DNA of 64,000 nucleotides from the human T2T-CHM13v2.0 reference genome, Homo sapiens (GCF_009914755.1 NC_060934.1), one strand, 5' to 3'. Shown: positions 33,116 to 59,127, counted from the stretch's first letter. A program made the numbers and translations. Notes: a model not told the origin generated them from the letters alone.

Positions 33116-33508
33116 GACAGAGGCCGATCCCCGCTGCGTCGGTGGGAGGCCACCATCCTCAGAACCGACTCTTCCTCCCCGCCTCCACCCACCACGAGCT
33201 CACCGGGAAGCAGTTCTCTGCCGCAGAGGCCGTAAGCCACAGATGCCTTACTTCATCCAGGGCCACACTACAGCCTTGGCCCAGATCATCTGGCAGAGTC
33301 ATGCATCCTTTTCTTTGCCGGTGATGAGAGCTTCTTCCTTGGGTACTGCTTTGAGCTAGTCCTACGCTCCCCCGCAACTCCCGGGCTCACCAGAACCCCA
33401 TTCTAGGGAGCCATCCCCGCTGGATTCTCAGGCTCTGCTGGTTCCGTCCAAGAGATGGTTCTCCTGGGTTGCATTGTCTGGTTGGGGCTTATTAAAAATA
33501 CCAGTTTA

Positions 33509-33649
<141 letters not shown>

Positions 33650-33862
33650 TCAGGTGTGATGGCGCATGCCTATAGTCCTAACTACCTCAGAGGCTGAGGT
33701 AAATCATTTGAGCCCAGTAGTTCAAGGCTACATTGAGCTGTAATCGTGCCACTACACTCTAGCCTGAGTAACATAGCAAGACCCTGTCTCAAACAAAACA
33801 GAACAAAACAAAAAGAACTAATTTACCAGCTTCACTCACTTGAAAGATTACAGCTAGCAGAT

Positions 33863-34630
<768 letters not shown>

Positions 34631-36199
34631 ACTCCAGCAGGTCGGAGGTGTATGTGGTGGGGAAGGGATATGAAGAATCCCCATTTTGCCAGGCTCCCTG
34701 GGTGATTCTGATGCTTTTGAAGAACACTGACCTAAGAATTCCACTTCCTCTGAAACCCAGAGGGACGAGAGGCTGCCTGTTCTATACCCCACATCCTGCT
34801 CACCCCAAAACAGAAAAGCAGCTCCAGTGACATCACCTTCCTGTCACCTGCCCTTCTCATTCGGGGCTCATGCCATCCAACACTGCCACCATCTGCTGCC
34901 AGAAGTGTCACTCCCCTGCATGGTTTGAATCATGCCCATTCAAAAGTGGCCCCTGCTCTGTCATCCCAGGGGATGGAGAGGGTCCATTCTCAGGAATAGC
35001 ACCTGCTAGATGATGGATGTGCAAATCTGATGACCTTGACCTTAACTCCACTTTAGACACCCATTGTCTTGGCCGTGCTGTGAACCTTCTCGGCCCTGGA
35101 AATCTTTCATTTTTTATTCGTTTAGAGATGAGCTCTCGTTATGTTGCCCAAGGTGGTCTCAAACTTCTGGGCTCAAGCAATCCTCCCACCTCAGCCTCCT
35201 GAGTAGCTGGGACTACTACCATGCTTAGCTAACCCTGGAAATCTTAAACACCAACACCCTCTCCCCCGTCCCTGAGTCCTCTCCCTTCTTTACATAGGAC
35301 ACCCACACTCTAACTTCATGGGGGCCACCAGTCTCCTGAAGTGGATCCGTTTCATTCTGTTCAGCTTGGACCGTCTGAGGGTAGTTCTGCAGCCTCATCT
35401 CACCTCAACCCATTTCATTGACCATGTTCACCCCCACATGTCCAAACTTAAGCCCCTCTACCTGCCTTCTTTGTCCTTCCACTGGGCTGGAGGAAACTCA
35501 GAACTTAGAGATCCTGCCATGATGGGCATGTCAGCCCCCAGTGCCAGCCGGGCTTTTCTGACACCTCAGAAATCATTGAGTATGTTATTCCTGATGTTCA
35601 TTATTCTCCCCAAGGGCTGGTTCACACTTTGCTGCCTTCAAGAGCAGATGCACCTTACAGAAAAGAATTCATGTCCTCAGGGGAAACCCTGTAATTCCCC
35701 CACCCTTCCCTGGCCCCACTAGACTCCTCTGACCTCCAGGGTCAGTGTCTCAGAGACAGGACTGCCCTCTGCCGGTCCCAGGCTGGTCCCTGCCTGTACC
35801 CTGACTTCCACCCCTCCAACAATAGCTAACCTTTGTTGAGGATTCACTACATACCCCACTGCACAGTGTTTTAAAGCACTGCTTTTAGAATTCTCCCCAC
35901 AGTCCCCTGCGGTAGGTTTTCCTTTCATGGGGATGGGAACCAGGGTTCCGACTAATTAAGTAATTTATCCAAGGTCACTGTCTTAGTTTGGGCTCCCCCA
36001 AAGTAGACCTGGAGACAAGGATTAGGGAGAAGGGAGTTAGTTAATTTGGGAGGTGATCCTAGGAAACATAAGTCATGAAGCAGACAGGAGGAAACAGAAA
36101 GGAGAAAGCCGGAAGGAATGTTAGAGTGGCCTACCAACCGTGGGCACCTGGGACTCTGCCCTGTTGAGGCTGCTCTGAGAAATGGTACGGACCCCCTAG

Positions 36200-37770
<1,571 letters not shown>

Positions 37771-38285
37771 CTGTCCCCTTAAACTCATGCTACTGGCAGG
37801 AAAAGAAGCCACGGCTCTATCCACTGACTCCTGTCCTTTGGTGGTTAAGGGTTGCCCCTGGATGTTAATTCCCCGGAACTCCCCGCACGTCCTCTCACTG
37901 GACTGGACAAGACTGAGAACTTCAGGGCCAGCAGAGCTGCCCTGGAGTGCTGGGCAGGCAGGTGATTGAGGTGGGATGCTCTCAGCGGGCTGGCCCCTGC
38001 AGCTTTGGGTAAGATCAGTGAGTCAGATGTCAATGGCGTGGGCAGTGCTACCACAGTGCCCAGCTGTAAGTAGTGAAACCAGGATTTGAGCTTGGGCTAC
38101 GTCTGGAGCCCATGCACCCAGCCTCCAGCATTTGCTAGTCCCACTCTTTTGTTTGAAATTTTCAGGCAGGGCACAGTGGCTTATGCCTGTAATCCCAGCA
38201 GTTTGGGAGCCTGAGGCGGCTGGATCACCTGAGGTCAGGAGTTCCAGACCAGCCTGGTCAACATGGTGAAACTCCATCTCTACTA

Positions 38286-38480
<195 letters not shown>

Positions 38481-38656
38481 CTATAATCCCAGCTACTGGG
38501 GAGCCTGAGGCAAGATAATCACTTGAACCTGGGAGGCGGAGGCTGCAGTGAGCCAAGTTCACACCAATGCACTGCAACCCGGGCAATAGAAGAAGACTCC
38601 ATCTCAAACACACACACACACACAATTAAAATTCATGTCACCTGTTTCTTTTAACC

Positions 38657-39386
38657 TTTTTTTTTTTTTTTTTTTTTGAGATGGAGTCTCGCTCTGTCAC
38701 CCAGGCTGGAGTGCAGTGGGCGATCTCGGCTCACTATAACCTCCACCTACTGGGTTCAAGCAATTCTCTACCTCAGCCTCCCGAGTAGCTGGGATTAACA
38801 GGTGCCCGCCCCCATGCCTGGATAATTTTTTTTTTTTAATTTTTGGTAGAGATGGGGTTTCACCATCTTGGCCAGGCTGGTCTTGAACTCCTGACCTTGT
38901 GATCCACCCACCTCAGCCTCCCAAAGTGCTGGGATTACAGGCGTGAGCCACCGTACCCAGCCACACCTGGCTAATTTTTGTATTTTCAGTAGAGACGAGG
39001 TTTCACTGTGTTGGCGAGGCTGGTCTTGAACTCCTGACCTCGTGATCCACCCACCTCAGCCTCCCAAAGTGCTGGGACTATAGGCGTGAGCCACCATGCC
39101 TGGCCACACCTATTTTTTGTATTTTTAGTAGAGACGAGGTTTCACTGTGTTGGCCAGGCTGGTCTAGAACTCCTGACCTCGTGATCCACCCGCCTCAGCC
39201 TCCCAAAGTGCTGGGACTATAGGCGTGAGCCACTGTGCCCCACCACACCTGGCTAATTTTTGTATTTTTAGTAGAGATGAGGTTTCACTGTGTTGGCCAG
39301 GCTGCTCTAGAACTCCTGACTTCGTGATCCACCTGCCTCGGCCTCCCAGAGTCCTGGGATACAGGTGTGAGCCACCATGCCCGGCC
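38657..39386 (-). repeat. Full Alu followed by three tandem ~140-bp Alu left-arm units
   Basis: Units 38961-39103, 39104-39240 and 39241-39386 share gaggtttcactgtgttgg. Confidence 0.9.
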
Positions 39387-40228
39387 TCTTTTTACTTTTT
39401 AAAATGGGGCCACTTGAACACTTAAGATGACACATGTGGTCACATCCACTTTCTAGTGGACAACACTGCCTTAAAGGATTCCTGGTTCCCAGACCCCAGA
39501 CACAGGCATTTGGGCACCTACTTGAGTGTTACACAAACACTTCACATTCAACATGTTCCAGACCAAAATAATCATTTTCCTTCCCACTCTCCCTGTCCCA
39601 TCACCCCCGACTATGTACTCTCTTGGCTGGTGGACAATCTCCTGTGTTGCACGTGGTGGAACCCTGGCCCATATGCTGAACTCCTCCCTCTCTTTCCAGT
39701 CCCTATTCTGAGTCAATTCTACCACCTTGATATTCTCCATCTCTCATCCCCACTGTTGTGGACTTAGCCTTATTTACGGTCTTTTGCTGTTTTGCTCATT
39801 TCCATCAGCCCAAAATGATCCATGCGGCTGGAATGACATTTATCAGAGGCAAACCTGATCATGTCCTTTCCTTGCTTAAAACTGCGCAGTAGCTCCCGTT
39901 GCCTGTGGCTCCATTTCTCAAAAAGTCTGGTCTTCATTCGTGGGTGTGCATGGATGAGTTAAGTAGGGCATGGAAGAATATTTTATTTTTGTAGTTAGGG
40001 GTATTCATTTCAACACCCACTGGAAGGATTTAACTGAAACATAAAACCTGTGATTTCACGGACATTATTGTTCAGAACAAAAGTGAGTCAATTTAAATAA
40101 AAGTTTAAAGAAACAATAGCACAGGCTGAAGTAATAGCACTGACCAAGTAAATAATAGCTACAGGATAAATTTCAGACTCCTTAGTATGGTAAAAAACTA
40201 AGCAAACAAAAAAATAAACGCTTTGTGA

Positions 40229-40748
<520 letters not shown>

Positions 40749-41074
40749 TGAGAGATCCTCCTGCCTTGGCCTCCCAAAGTGCAGAAATTACAGGCATGAG
40801 CCACCGCAGCCAGGCTTCTACTTTTCTTCTCTAATTTAATCTACCCTCTTCAGCCCTACAGCCACACTGAGTGGCTTCCAGATCTCTGGGCTCACTTCTC
40901 TTTCTTCACGAAGTGTCTCAGCAAGTACTATTTCTTCACCTGCTCTCCCTCTTCCACCCTCCTCACTTCTGGTGAAAATGGATAATAACTAAACTTGTGA
41001 GATTCAGCTCCAAGAGTCTCCTCTCTGAAGGGCTCTCTAGATACTCTAGGGAGAGTGAACACCCTATTCTTGGT

Positions 41075-42118
<1,044 letters not shown>

Positions 42119-42523
42119 TCCATTCTCTGCACCACCCTATCCCTTGTACAGTCCTCGTCATGGAACCTATCCAGCTGACTTGCAGTGGTGTTCCCTGTAC
42201 CTAGCCTGTTCCTCCAAAAGTCCCATCAAACCATGAGTGTCTTGCAGAAACTGTCTGGAATGTCTTTGCCCCCAGTGCCTAGCACACTGCTTGAAATATG
42301 CTAGGAATGGCAGGAAAGTGACATTCTGGAATTTGGTGACAAAGAACATTTCAAGAAGGGAAGAATATCGGACATTGCCAAATCTACAGAAAATTAAAGT
42401 AAGATAAGGAATTGAAAATAGACCACTGCAGCCGGGTGCCGTGGCTCACGCCTGTAATCCCAGTACTTTGGGAGGCCCAGGCGGGTGGATCATGAGGTCA
42501 AGAGATCGAGACCATCCTGGCTA

Positions 42524-42766
<243 letters not shown>

Positions 42767-43218
42767 CTAGTGGCCCTGGGGCTGGTTCCTTCCACAGGAC
42801 CACCCCACTCCCTGTAGACCTGGCTTTGCAGCTCTAGAATTGTCTGTCAGCAGGGATTAGGGCCAGGGGACAAGTGTCAGAAGGTAGGTGTCTAAGGGGA
42901 GCAGAAATTCAGATCCAGAACCAGGAGGTTCCGAGGTAATAGATTCAGGGCTAAGGAAAGCCAGAGAACCAGGAAGGCCAGATGGGGGCCCTGGTAGGTC
43001 AGGTGGGAAAGTGACACAGCCTGGAATATATCCCAAAGTAGGGCCTGGGACCACCTGCTGTGTATGCCCTGGAAGCCAGCATTTTCCTGTGGGCTGATAC
43101 TGTAAAAGAGCAAGACCATTAAGGCAAATTTTAGATTGCATTTTGATCTTTTGGAGCCGTCTCTGTTTTCCCTAGGCCCCTGCCTGGGGTTATTTATTTA
43201 TTTATTTTATTTTTTTAG

Positions 43219-43407
<189 letters not shown>

Positions 43408-43907
43408 TAGCCAGGATGGTCTCAATCTCATGACCTCATGATCCTCCCGCCTCAGCCTCCCAAAGTGCTGGGATTACAGGCGTAAGCCACGGTGCCTGGA
43501 CTTGCCTGGGGTTATTCTTGTAACTACATAGCTTTCTAGATCAATTGAACTCTTCCAAGGGCAAGGGTTTTGGATCCCTCTCTGTATAAGACAAACTGGG
43601 CCGGATGCAGTGGTTCATGACTGTAATCCCAGCACTTTTTGAGAGGCTGGGGTGGGAGGATCGCTTGAGCCCAAGGTGCAGAGAGCTATGATCTTGCCAC
43701 TGCACTCCAGCCTGGGCAACAGAATGAGAGCCTATCTCTAAAAATAAAAATAAAAAAAGAGAAACTGGTCCTGTTTTTCCATGCTATGAAATTCCCAAGT
43801 GACCTGAATTCCAACAAAAATGGATACCGCTGAAAGACCAATAAAGTTTTTTTCTTGAACAAGAGAAATAAGCTTTCTCCCTACTTCCTTTTTTTTTTTT
43901 TTTTTGA

Positions 43908-44012
<105 letters not shown>

Positions 44013-44363
44013 TGAGTAGCTGAAATTACAGGCATGAGCCACCATGCCCGGCTAATTTTTGTATTTTTAATAGAGACGGGGTTGGTTTCTCCATGTTGGT
44101 CAGGCTTGTCTCAAACTCCCGACCTCAGGTGATCTGCCCACCTCAGCCTCCCAAAGTGCTGGGATTACAGGCGTGAGTCACCGTGCCCAGCCTCTATCTA
44201 CTTCTATATATCATTTGTCTTTGTCCACCACCTTTGCCTACAAAGTCAGGTTAACAATAAGCCTTAGCACTGATCAACTACTAGTTTCCAGGCACTGGGC
44301 TGGGTACTGGGATCCCGTGAACGTTGGAATCCAAATCAGTGGACGGGAATTGTGGAAATATGA

Positions 44364-44597
<234 letters not shown>

Positions 44598-45035
44598 TAG
44601 CCAGGATGGTCTTGATCTCCTGACCTGGTGATCTGCCCGCCTCGGCCTCCGAAAGTGCTGGGATTACAGGCGTGAGCCACCGCACCCGGGCAGGAGATGC
44701 ATTTTGTTTTATTTTACATTTGAGGGGAGAGGAGGGAATCCATGAACCTTCTGAAATGATGAACAAAATTGTGTTTCCTCGTCATTTCTGGGAAGAGAGT
44801 TCCTCGCTTCCACTAGCTCCTCGGAGGGGTCTGTGACTCCCAGCCTAAGTATGGTGGTAAGTACTGTGAGAACAGCAGTTGCATTTGAGGGAGACCTTTG
44901 AAATATAGGGAGGACATTACTATTCCATTAACTCATTAATATTACAGTAATTTCAGTAATCATCATTCCTCTTCATCAGTGGCCTTACGATCTTTGGTAG
45001 AACCATAGCTTTTTTGACAAAAATAAAAAAGGTCA

Positions 45036-45507
<472 letters not shown>

Positions 45508-45510
45508 CTA

Positions 45511-45666
<156 letters not shown>

Positions 45667-46058
45667 TCACAAGGAATTCCTGTCATGGTTTTGGCACTTT
45701 TGTGTTTGATTTCAGAAGGAGTGAATTAATGATTTCACGCCTTCATTAAATGAAGAACACGCCATAGAGTCCACCATAGTTTAGAAACCCACTCAGCCTC
45801 CAGGCCTCTGAGTGGCGTTGCTGTCCCCTCTCCCAGGGCTGCTACCCATGCGGCTCTGCAGTTAGGCTCAGAAAAGATCTCAAACCGGCCGGGCGCGGTG
45901 GCTCACGCCTGTAATCCCGGCACTTTGGGAGGCCGCGGCGGGCGGATCACGAGGTCAGGAGATCGAGACCATCCTGCCTAACACGGTGAAACCCCATCTC
46001 TACTAAAAATACAAAAAATTAGCGGGGCGTGGTGGGGGGGCGCCTGTAGTCCCAGCTA

Positions 46059-46166
<108 letters not shown>

Positions 46167-46633
46167 TCAAAAAACAAAAAACAAAAAGATCTCACACCAC
46201 TGCGCGGTGGCAGAACGGAGGCAGGAGACAGGACTTGAACTCAGTCTAGACAGCAACGCAAGGGGGCATCTATGCGATTGACCATGGCCGGAAGCACACC
46301 TCCATGCGATGCGGTGAGGGGAGTATGCGCCACTGAAATATAATCAATCAGAAGATGCTTTCCAAGATTCTAGCTCTGCAGCTCCCTGAACGTAGCCACA
46401 TTCCACCAAAATCCCACCGTGCCTGTCATGGTGTTTGCCCAGTGAATTCTGCATTTTTAACCCCCCCAAAATGATTCCTTTTGTGTATAAAATGAAGATT
46501 TCCTTGCACCCAGAGAATATCAAAGGCTACAAAATTATTGTTTCTTGGCCGGGCGTGGTGGCTCATGCCTGTAATCTCAGCACTTTGGGATGCCGAGGTG
46601 GGCGGATCACTTGAGGTCAGGAGTTTGAGACTA

Positions 46634-46957
<324 letters not shown>

Positions 46958-47334
46958 CTAATTAAAATGAGTGAAATCTTGCACATCGTTTCAGAAAGTG
47001 CAGATGCCCCTCTTCTAAATGAGATCTTGGTAGCCACCCACTTCTGGTTATTATCTAAGTCCAAGTCCTTTCTTTTGAGACCGGGTCTCATTCTGTGGCC
47101 CAGGATGGAGTGCAGTAGCACCATCATAGCTCACTGCGGCCTTGAACTCCTGGGATCAAGTGATACTCTCACCTCAGCCTCATGAGTAGCTGGGACTACA
47201 GTTGCACGCCACCATGCCCAGCTACTTTAAAAAAAATTTCTGGCCGGGCGCGGTGGTTCACGCCTGTAATCCCGGCACTTTGGGAGGCCGAGGCCGGCGG
47301 TCACGAGATCAGGAGATTGAGACCATCCTGGCTA

Positions 47335-47631
<297 letters not shown>

Positions 47632-47662
47632 TTATAGGCGTGAGCCACCGTGCCCAGCCTAA

Positions 47663-48046
<384 letters not shown>

Positions 48047-48719
48047 TGAAATTGTGATAGGCTCTTCTTTGTCCCCCAGTGTTGGAGACTATCTGCATGT
48101 GGTCACATTGTATTGAATGATGATTGTTAGCATCCAGCTCGCACCTCGTGTTTATTGGGTAGGGGAGGGGAAGAAAGAGGGAAAAGTAAGGAGGAGAGAG
48201 ATGCAGAGAAAATAGTTTGAAAAGACAAGTATATGTGGATGTATGTTTCAGGCTGACTTCCTGCTCTAAGAAATTCTTGAATAAAAATGGAATCCAGAAC
48301 TAAGTCCTCAGTTAACTAGAGTTCATTGTTCTCCAAGCAAGGGAGCAGCTATTTCTCCACATTCTTTGTCTCCAATGTTTAATCCATGGCAGACTTTACC
48401 CTTTGCCCCATGATTACCGTCTTCCTCAATTATTTCCTCTGGTTAGAGGCCACTTGGGAAAATAATTACAACGTGAGTTCATCCCACCCAACTGTGACTG
48501 TCCTTGTTGGATACTTTCTCTGTCAGCAGTGTCGCCAGCCCTTATGCTGAACATGGTTCAGGAGTAGACTCGACTCCAGGGACTCCAGACTCAAAGTTGT
48601 ATACAGACTGGATGCAAGATGAGGATAAGAGGGGCTGGGTGCAGTGGCTCACACCTGTAATCCCAGCACTTTGGGATGCCGAGGAGGGTGGATCACTTGA
48701 GGCCATGAGTTTGAGACTA

Positions 48720-49037
<318 letters not shown>

Positions 49038-49508
49038 TCAGGTTTGACCTCCTTGGCTGGAATTTCTCCGAGCACAGCCAGTCCTCCATCCTATGAGGTG
49101 CTCTGTATTCTTTAAAGAGAGCGAGGGGAATGTTTCTATTTCAATGCTTAGCAGGGGGGTCCAAGCAGCAGATGTGTTGTTGTACTTGAGCATGAAGATC
49201 CTTTCCACGCTGAAGATTCTGTGATTCATTTGGTGCGGGGTGGGGGGCGCCCCTGACCATTTGTTGGAGGTGATTTCCTCAGCTCAGTCTGGCTTCTTGT
49301 TGATTCTGCTTTTCTGAATATTACTCAACTCCATCCACATTTGTCCTTCTCCACGAATTTAACCTTCATTCACATTCCATTTGTCTGAATGACCAGCAGT
49401 GGTCTCCTAACTGAAGTCTCTGCTTCCCTACTCTACCTATCCTCTTACGCCTCTGCCCCAAGATACCATCCCGAAGCACAGCTCAGATAAAGCCACACCC
49501 AAGTCTGA

Positions 49509-49697
<189 letters not shown>

Positions 49698-49777
49698 TGA
49701 CTAATTTTTCTATTTTTAGTAGAGATGGGGTTTCACCATGTTGGCCAGGCTTGTCTCAAACTCCTGACCTCAAGTGA

Positions 49778-50077
<300 letters not shown>

Positions 50078-50375
50078 TGAGCCCAAGTAACCAAGCTCGG
50101 CCAGTGGTGAAGTACGTGTTAACGGCCTTGTCATTAACCCATTGTCAAGACTCCAAGAACCCTCCCCCTGGCTGGTGAAAGAAAGTCCTGCCTTTTGCAA
50201 TGCCTCCTGCTCTGAAATTCCTGTAAATGCCAAGGTGCTTCCATGTCCCAAAAATCAAACTTAGTTATGGCTCACCAATACTCTCATTATCACCCTTGAA
50301 ATGTGAAAGGTGGGCCAGGTGTGGTGGTTTATGCCTGTAATCATAGCACTTTGGGAGGCCGAGGTGGGTGGATCA

Positions 50376-50707
<332 letters not shown>

Positions 50708-51469
50708 TCAATTAATTATTTTTAGAGAAAGGGTCTTGTTCTGTTGCACAGGCTGGGTACAGTGGTGCAATCATAACCCATTTTTATCTCAAACTCCTTC
50801 CTTCGCTCAAGTGGTCCTGTCTCAGCCTCCTGAGGAGCTGGGACTACAGGTGCACACCACCTTACCTAGCTAAATTATTTTTATTTTTCTTAATAGAGAC
50901 AGGGTCTCTCTGTGTTGCTTAGGCTGGTCTCAAACTCCTGGCCTCAAGTGGTCCTCCTCTCTTTTTAATTAAAAAAAATTAAAACTGCCAACGATTACAA
51001 ACATAAGCGGTATAGTTAAAGCGTATATGTCTAATAATTTAATGCTTTTCACACACACACATGCAAATCAGTGCAATATAATTATGCTGTTTACAAGACA
51101 ATTAGGAGTCTTATAATAAAAGTACACCTTTGCATTTCAAAAATATGAGACTTTGACTTCAGAGGGAGAAGAATTTTTTCTTTTCTTTTTTTTTTTGAGA
51201 CAGAGTCTCAAAAAGAGTACAGTGGCAAGATCTCGGCTCACTTGCAAATTCTGCCTCCCAGGTTCAAGCGATTCTCCTGCCTTCGTCTCCTGAGTAGCTA
51301 GGATTACAGACATGCACCACTACACCCAGCTAATTTTTGGAAATTTAGTGGAGACGGGGTTTCACCATGTTGGTCAGGCTGGTCTCAAACTCCTGACTTC
51401 AGGTGATCGGCCTGCCTCAGCCTCCCAAAGTGCTGGGATTACAGGCTTGAGCCGCCGCACTAGGCCTGT

Positions 51470-53800
<2,331 letters not shown>

Positions 53801-53840
53801 GAGAAAAGCCAGAAGTAGAGGTTATGCTTGAACTTCATAA

Positions 53841-54083
<243 letters not shown>

Positions 54084-55437
54084 TGACCTCAGGTGATTTG
54101 CCCGTGTCGATCTCCCAAAATGCTGGGGTTACAGGCGTGAACCACTTCGCCCAGCACACATTTTATTTGTTTTAAAAAACTAAGAAAGGCTGGGCACCCA
54201 TGCCTCTAATCCCAGCAGTTTGGGAGGCTGAGTTGGGAGCATTGCTCGAGCTCAGGAGTTCATGACCAACCTGGGCAACACAGGAAGACCCCATCATTAT
54301 TTAAAAAAAAAAAAAAAAAGAAAGTATTTTAAGACCAGGCCTGATGGCTCATGCCTATCATACCAACACTTTGGGAGGCTGAGGTGGGGAATCACTTGAG
54401 TCCAGGATTTCGAGACCCACCTGGGCAACACAGAAAAACCACATCTCTACAAAAAAATTTAAAAATTAGCTGGACATTGTGGTGTGCACCGATAGTCCCA
54501 GCAGTCAGAAGGCTGAGATGGGAGAATCACTTGATCCCAGGAGATCAAGGTTGCAGTGAGGTATGACTGTGCTACTACACTGCAGCCTAGGTGACAGAGC
54601 AAGACCCTGTCTAAAAAAAAATACAACAAAAAAAAGAAGTGTAAAGGACAGAGTGTTGAGACACAGCAATGATATCCTCCCCTGTTCTAGATGGGAAAAG
54701 ACAGAAACTTATATAAGGTGAAGGAGAGAAATAAGTACAGTTTCACAGAACCTGGGGGAAAAGTATGTTTCTGTAAGAATGGAGTTATAAACAGCATCGA
54801 AAGCCAAGTAGACAGGTGACTGGCAAAAGGTCACCATGACTGTGAGGTTTATTGTGGAAAATATACACAAAGTGGATAATCCTGAGAACAAAGAAAACAC
54901 CCTGCCTTGCAAGGTCTCCCATGAAAAGCACCTCTTAGAATTTGAGGCTTGGTTGATATGTAAACTTTGTCACTTGATTGATTTAGAATGGCATTTCTCA
55001 ATCTGGAGACTGCAGACATATTTAGACGAGATTCCCCTCCCCGCTCTTTAAAAAAGTCTGTGTATTAATCCAGATGAGACCTGTGGGTTTTGTGCAGATC
55101 CCCACTATGGCCGGTAAGAGGCAGCATAACCTAATGCTCTGAGTCAGGATCCTGTTGCTGGAGTCTGTGCTCTGGCCCAGGGGAGGAGGAGCAGCTCATC
55201 AGCTCTGTGCTTCTGTTTCTTTCTCTATATCCTGCAAAAGGCAGGAATTAACAGAGCTAAACACTCTCAAAATATTAAATGCTGTGGGGGCGCCAGGCAT
55301 CACTGCAGAAACCACAGCTGAATATAACACTATTCTCCCTGCTGCTCTCTGGCCCTAGGATCAGAAAAGCTCAACACTTTTTATTTTTTTAAATAGATAA
55401 ATAAATTTATTTTGAGACAGAGTCTCAACTCTGTCTC

Positions 55438-55855
55438 CAACTTTTATTTTCGATTCAGGATGTATATGTTCAGGTTTAGTATATTTCCATGATCCTGAGG
55501 TTTGGGGTACGATTGATCCTATCACCCAGGTACTGAGCATATCACCCAACAGGTGGGTTTTCAGCCCTTATCTCCTTGCCTCCTCCCTCCTTTCCCCCTT
55601 TTGGAGTCCTTAGTGTCTACTGTTCCCATCTTTATGTCCATGTGTACCCAAAGTTCAGCTCCCACTTATAAGTGAGAACATGCAGTATTTGATTTTCTGT
55701 TTCTGTGTTAATTCGCTTAGGATAATGGCCTCCAGATGCGACTTTGTTGCTGCAAAGGACGGGAGCTTGTTCTTTTTTATGGCTGTATAGTATTCCACGG
55801 TGTATATACACCACATTTTCTTTATTCAATCCACTGTTGATGGGTACCTAGATGA
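55438..55855 (-). mobile_element. L1PB / old L1PA-like 3' fragment
   Basis: cagctcccacttataagtgagaacatgcagtatttg...ttttatggctgtatagtattcca. Confidence 0.8.
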
Positions 55856-56025
55856 TCCCACGTCAAAAATGTTACATTCAGCTGTGGCTCACATTATATT
55901 TCTATTGGACAGAGATTATATTTCTATTGGACAAAGCTGCTCTGAGCTATTAATAAGCTGGAAGTGTGTTGTGCATCTCTAAGAGGAGGTCATAGTAGGC
56001 AGGCAAGGTTTGGAAACACATTTGA

Positions 56026-56422
<397 letters not shown>

Positions 56423-57355
56423 TGATCTGCCCTCCTCGGCCTCCCAAAGTGCTGAGATTACAGGCGTGAGCCACTGTGCTTGGCCTAGAAGTTAATTTAT
56501 TGAAACAAATCAATGGAGGCTCTGCAAAGAAGCCCCTCATTGTTCTGATAGCTGTAACATGATGAAGACCGGCAGAAGCATCCTTCATGCAGCTGTCCAC
56601 TGTGCAAGTGGTTTTAGCAAAACCAAAATGAAAGTACATTTTATCATTTCATTGTATCCCAGAGAATCATAGAAATTGAGATTTGAAAGGTATCTAATCC
56701 AATACCCCCAAGTCATATTCTTGATTGGGAACCAAACACCCAGCTGCCAATACTATGTCAAATGTTTATTGAGCATCCACTATGCTCCAGACACTTGTTT
56801 TACACTCACCAACAAACTTACCAAGCTGATTCTATAATGATCAGTACAATTTTGTAGGTATTAGGAAGATCAGAGAGGTTGGACCACCTCTTTGAGGTCA
56901 CACAGCTGGATGGAGGCGCTAGCATGCTTCTCCACTATGTTCTGCTGCCACTGGGAAGCGAAGAGACTTGCAAACATACCAGGTATATTAATAATATTCC
57001 AGCCACTACAAATAGCAATATACAGTGTTTGCACTAGACCAATGACAGTGGTAATACAGTGAAAAGAGTAATCATTTTTACCAGTTTCAGAGTACTAAGA
57101 CAATAATGTGGAAATGAAAAAACTGCCAGGCTCAGTGGCTCATGCCTTTAATCCCAGCATTTCAGGAGGCCAGGGTGGGAGGATCCCTTGAGGCCAGAGT
57201 TCAAGACCAGCCTGGGCAACATAGCAAGACCTCATCTCTACAGAAAAAATTTTAAACTTAGCCAGGCATGCAGTGTGTGCCTGGGATCCTAACTGCTCAG
57301 GAGGCTGACCTGGGAGGATGGCTTGAGCGCAGGAAGTCGAGGCTATAGTGAGCTA

Positions 57356-57775
<420 letters not shown>

Positions 57776-57789
57776 TTACAGTATTAAAA

Positions 57790-58030
57790 TAAAATGTTCT
57801 AATAGCCACATTGAAAAAGTAAAAAGAAACAGATGAAATTAGTTTTAATAATACATGTTATTTAACCCAATACACTCCAAATAGTCTCATTTCAATGTGT
57901 AAGTAACATTTTTTAAATGGTTAAAAATGTCTTATTAGGTCTTTTAAATACGATGCAAATTTTACATCTAAGAGCTCATCTCAAGTGCTCAGTACCTATA
58001 TGTGCCTAATGGCTGCTGTATTGGATGGTG
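57790..58030. mobile_element. MER3/MER33-like hAT relic
   Basis: taatagccacattgaaaaagtaaaaagaaacagatgaaattagttttaataata...tatttaacccaata. Confidence 0.65.
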
Positions 58031-58287
58031 TAGGCTCAGAGATTAAATACTGCAAGGAAACCCCAAATAGAACCTGAGAAGTCATCACGAAGTTACAGGG
58101 AAAATAATGGAAATGAGCAGAGGATACAATTGGGTTAATATAAAGGCCGAGATGTTAGAAGACAGCCTGTCCAGGAAAAGGCTTAGCTGACAGCACAGTT
58201 AGGTTAGATTAAAATGGACTCTGTTGCTGGGCACAGTGGCTCACGCCTGTAATCCCAGCACTTTGGGAGGCCGAGGTGGGCAGATCA

Positions 58288-58604
<317 letters not shown>

Positions 58605-58977
58605 TCAGGAGAGACACTTGCGGTCTAGGCCAGGAGGTGGTTTGGTCTTGTGTTTATTTGTTGCTTTGAATTCTAGTTGAGTTGTTGCCGCTGTGTGTTT
58701 ATAGGATGAGGCTGTGGAGAGTTTAGCCATTTTTTTTTTCAACTGCAAATGATGTGTGTCTATATGTACATGTGTGTATATAGAGTTTTTGTTTTTGTTG
58801 TTGTTTTTGTTTTTTGTTTGTTTTTTAAGAGACTGGGTCTTGCTCTGTTTCCCAAGCTGGAGGGCAGTGGTATGATCATAGCTCACTGCAACCTTGACCT
58901 CCTGGGCTCAAGTGACCCTCCCACGTCAGCCTTCTGAGTAGCTGGGACTATAGGTGTGAACCACCACACCTGGCTAA

Positions 58978-59127
<150 letters not shown>

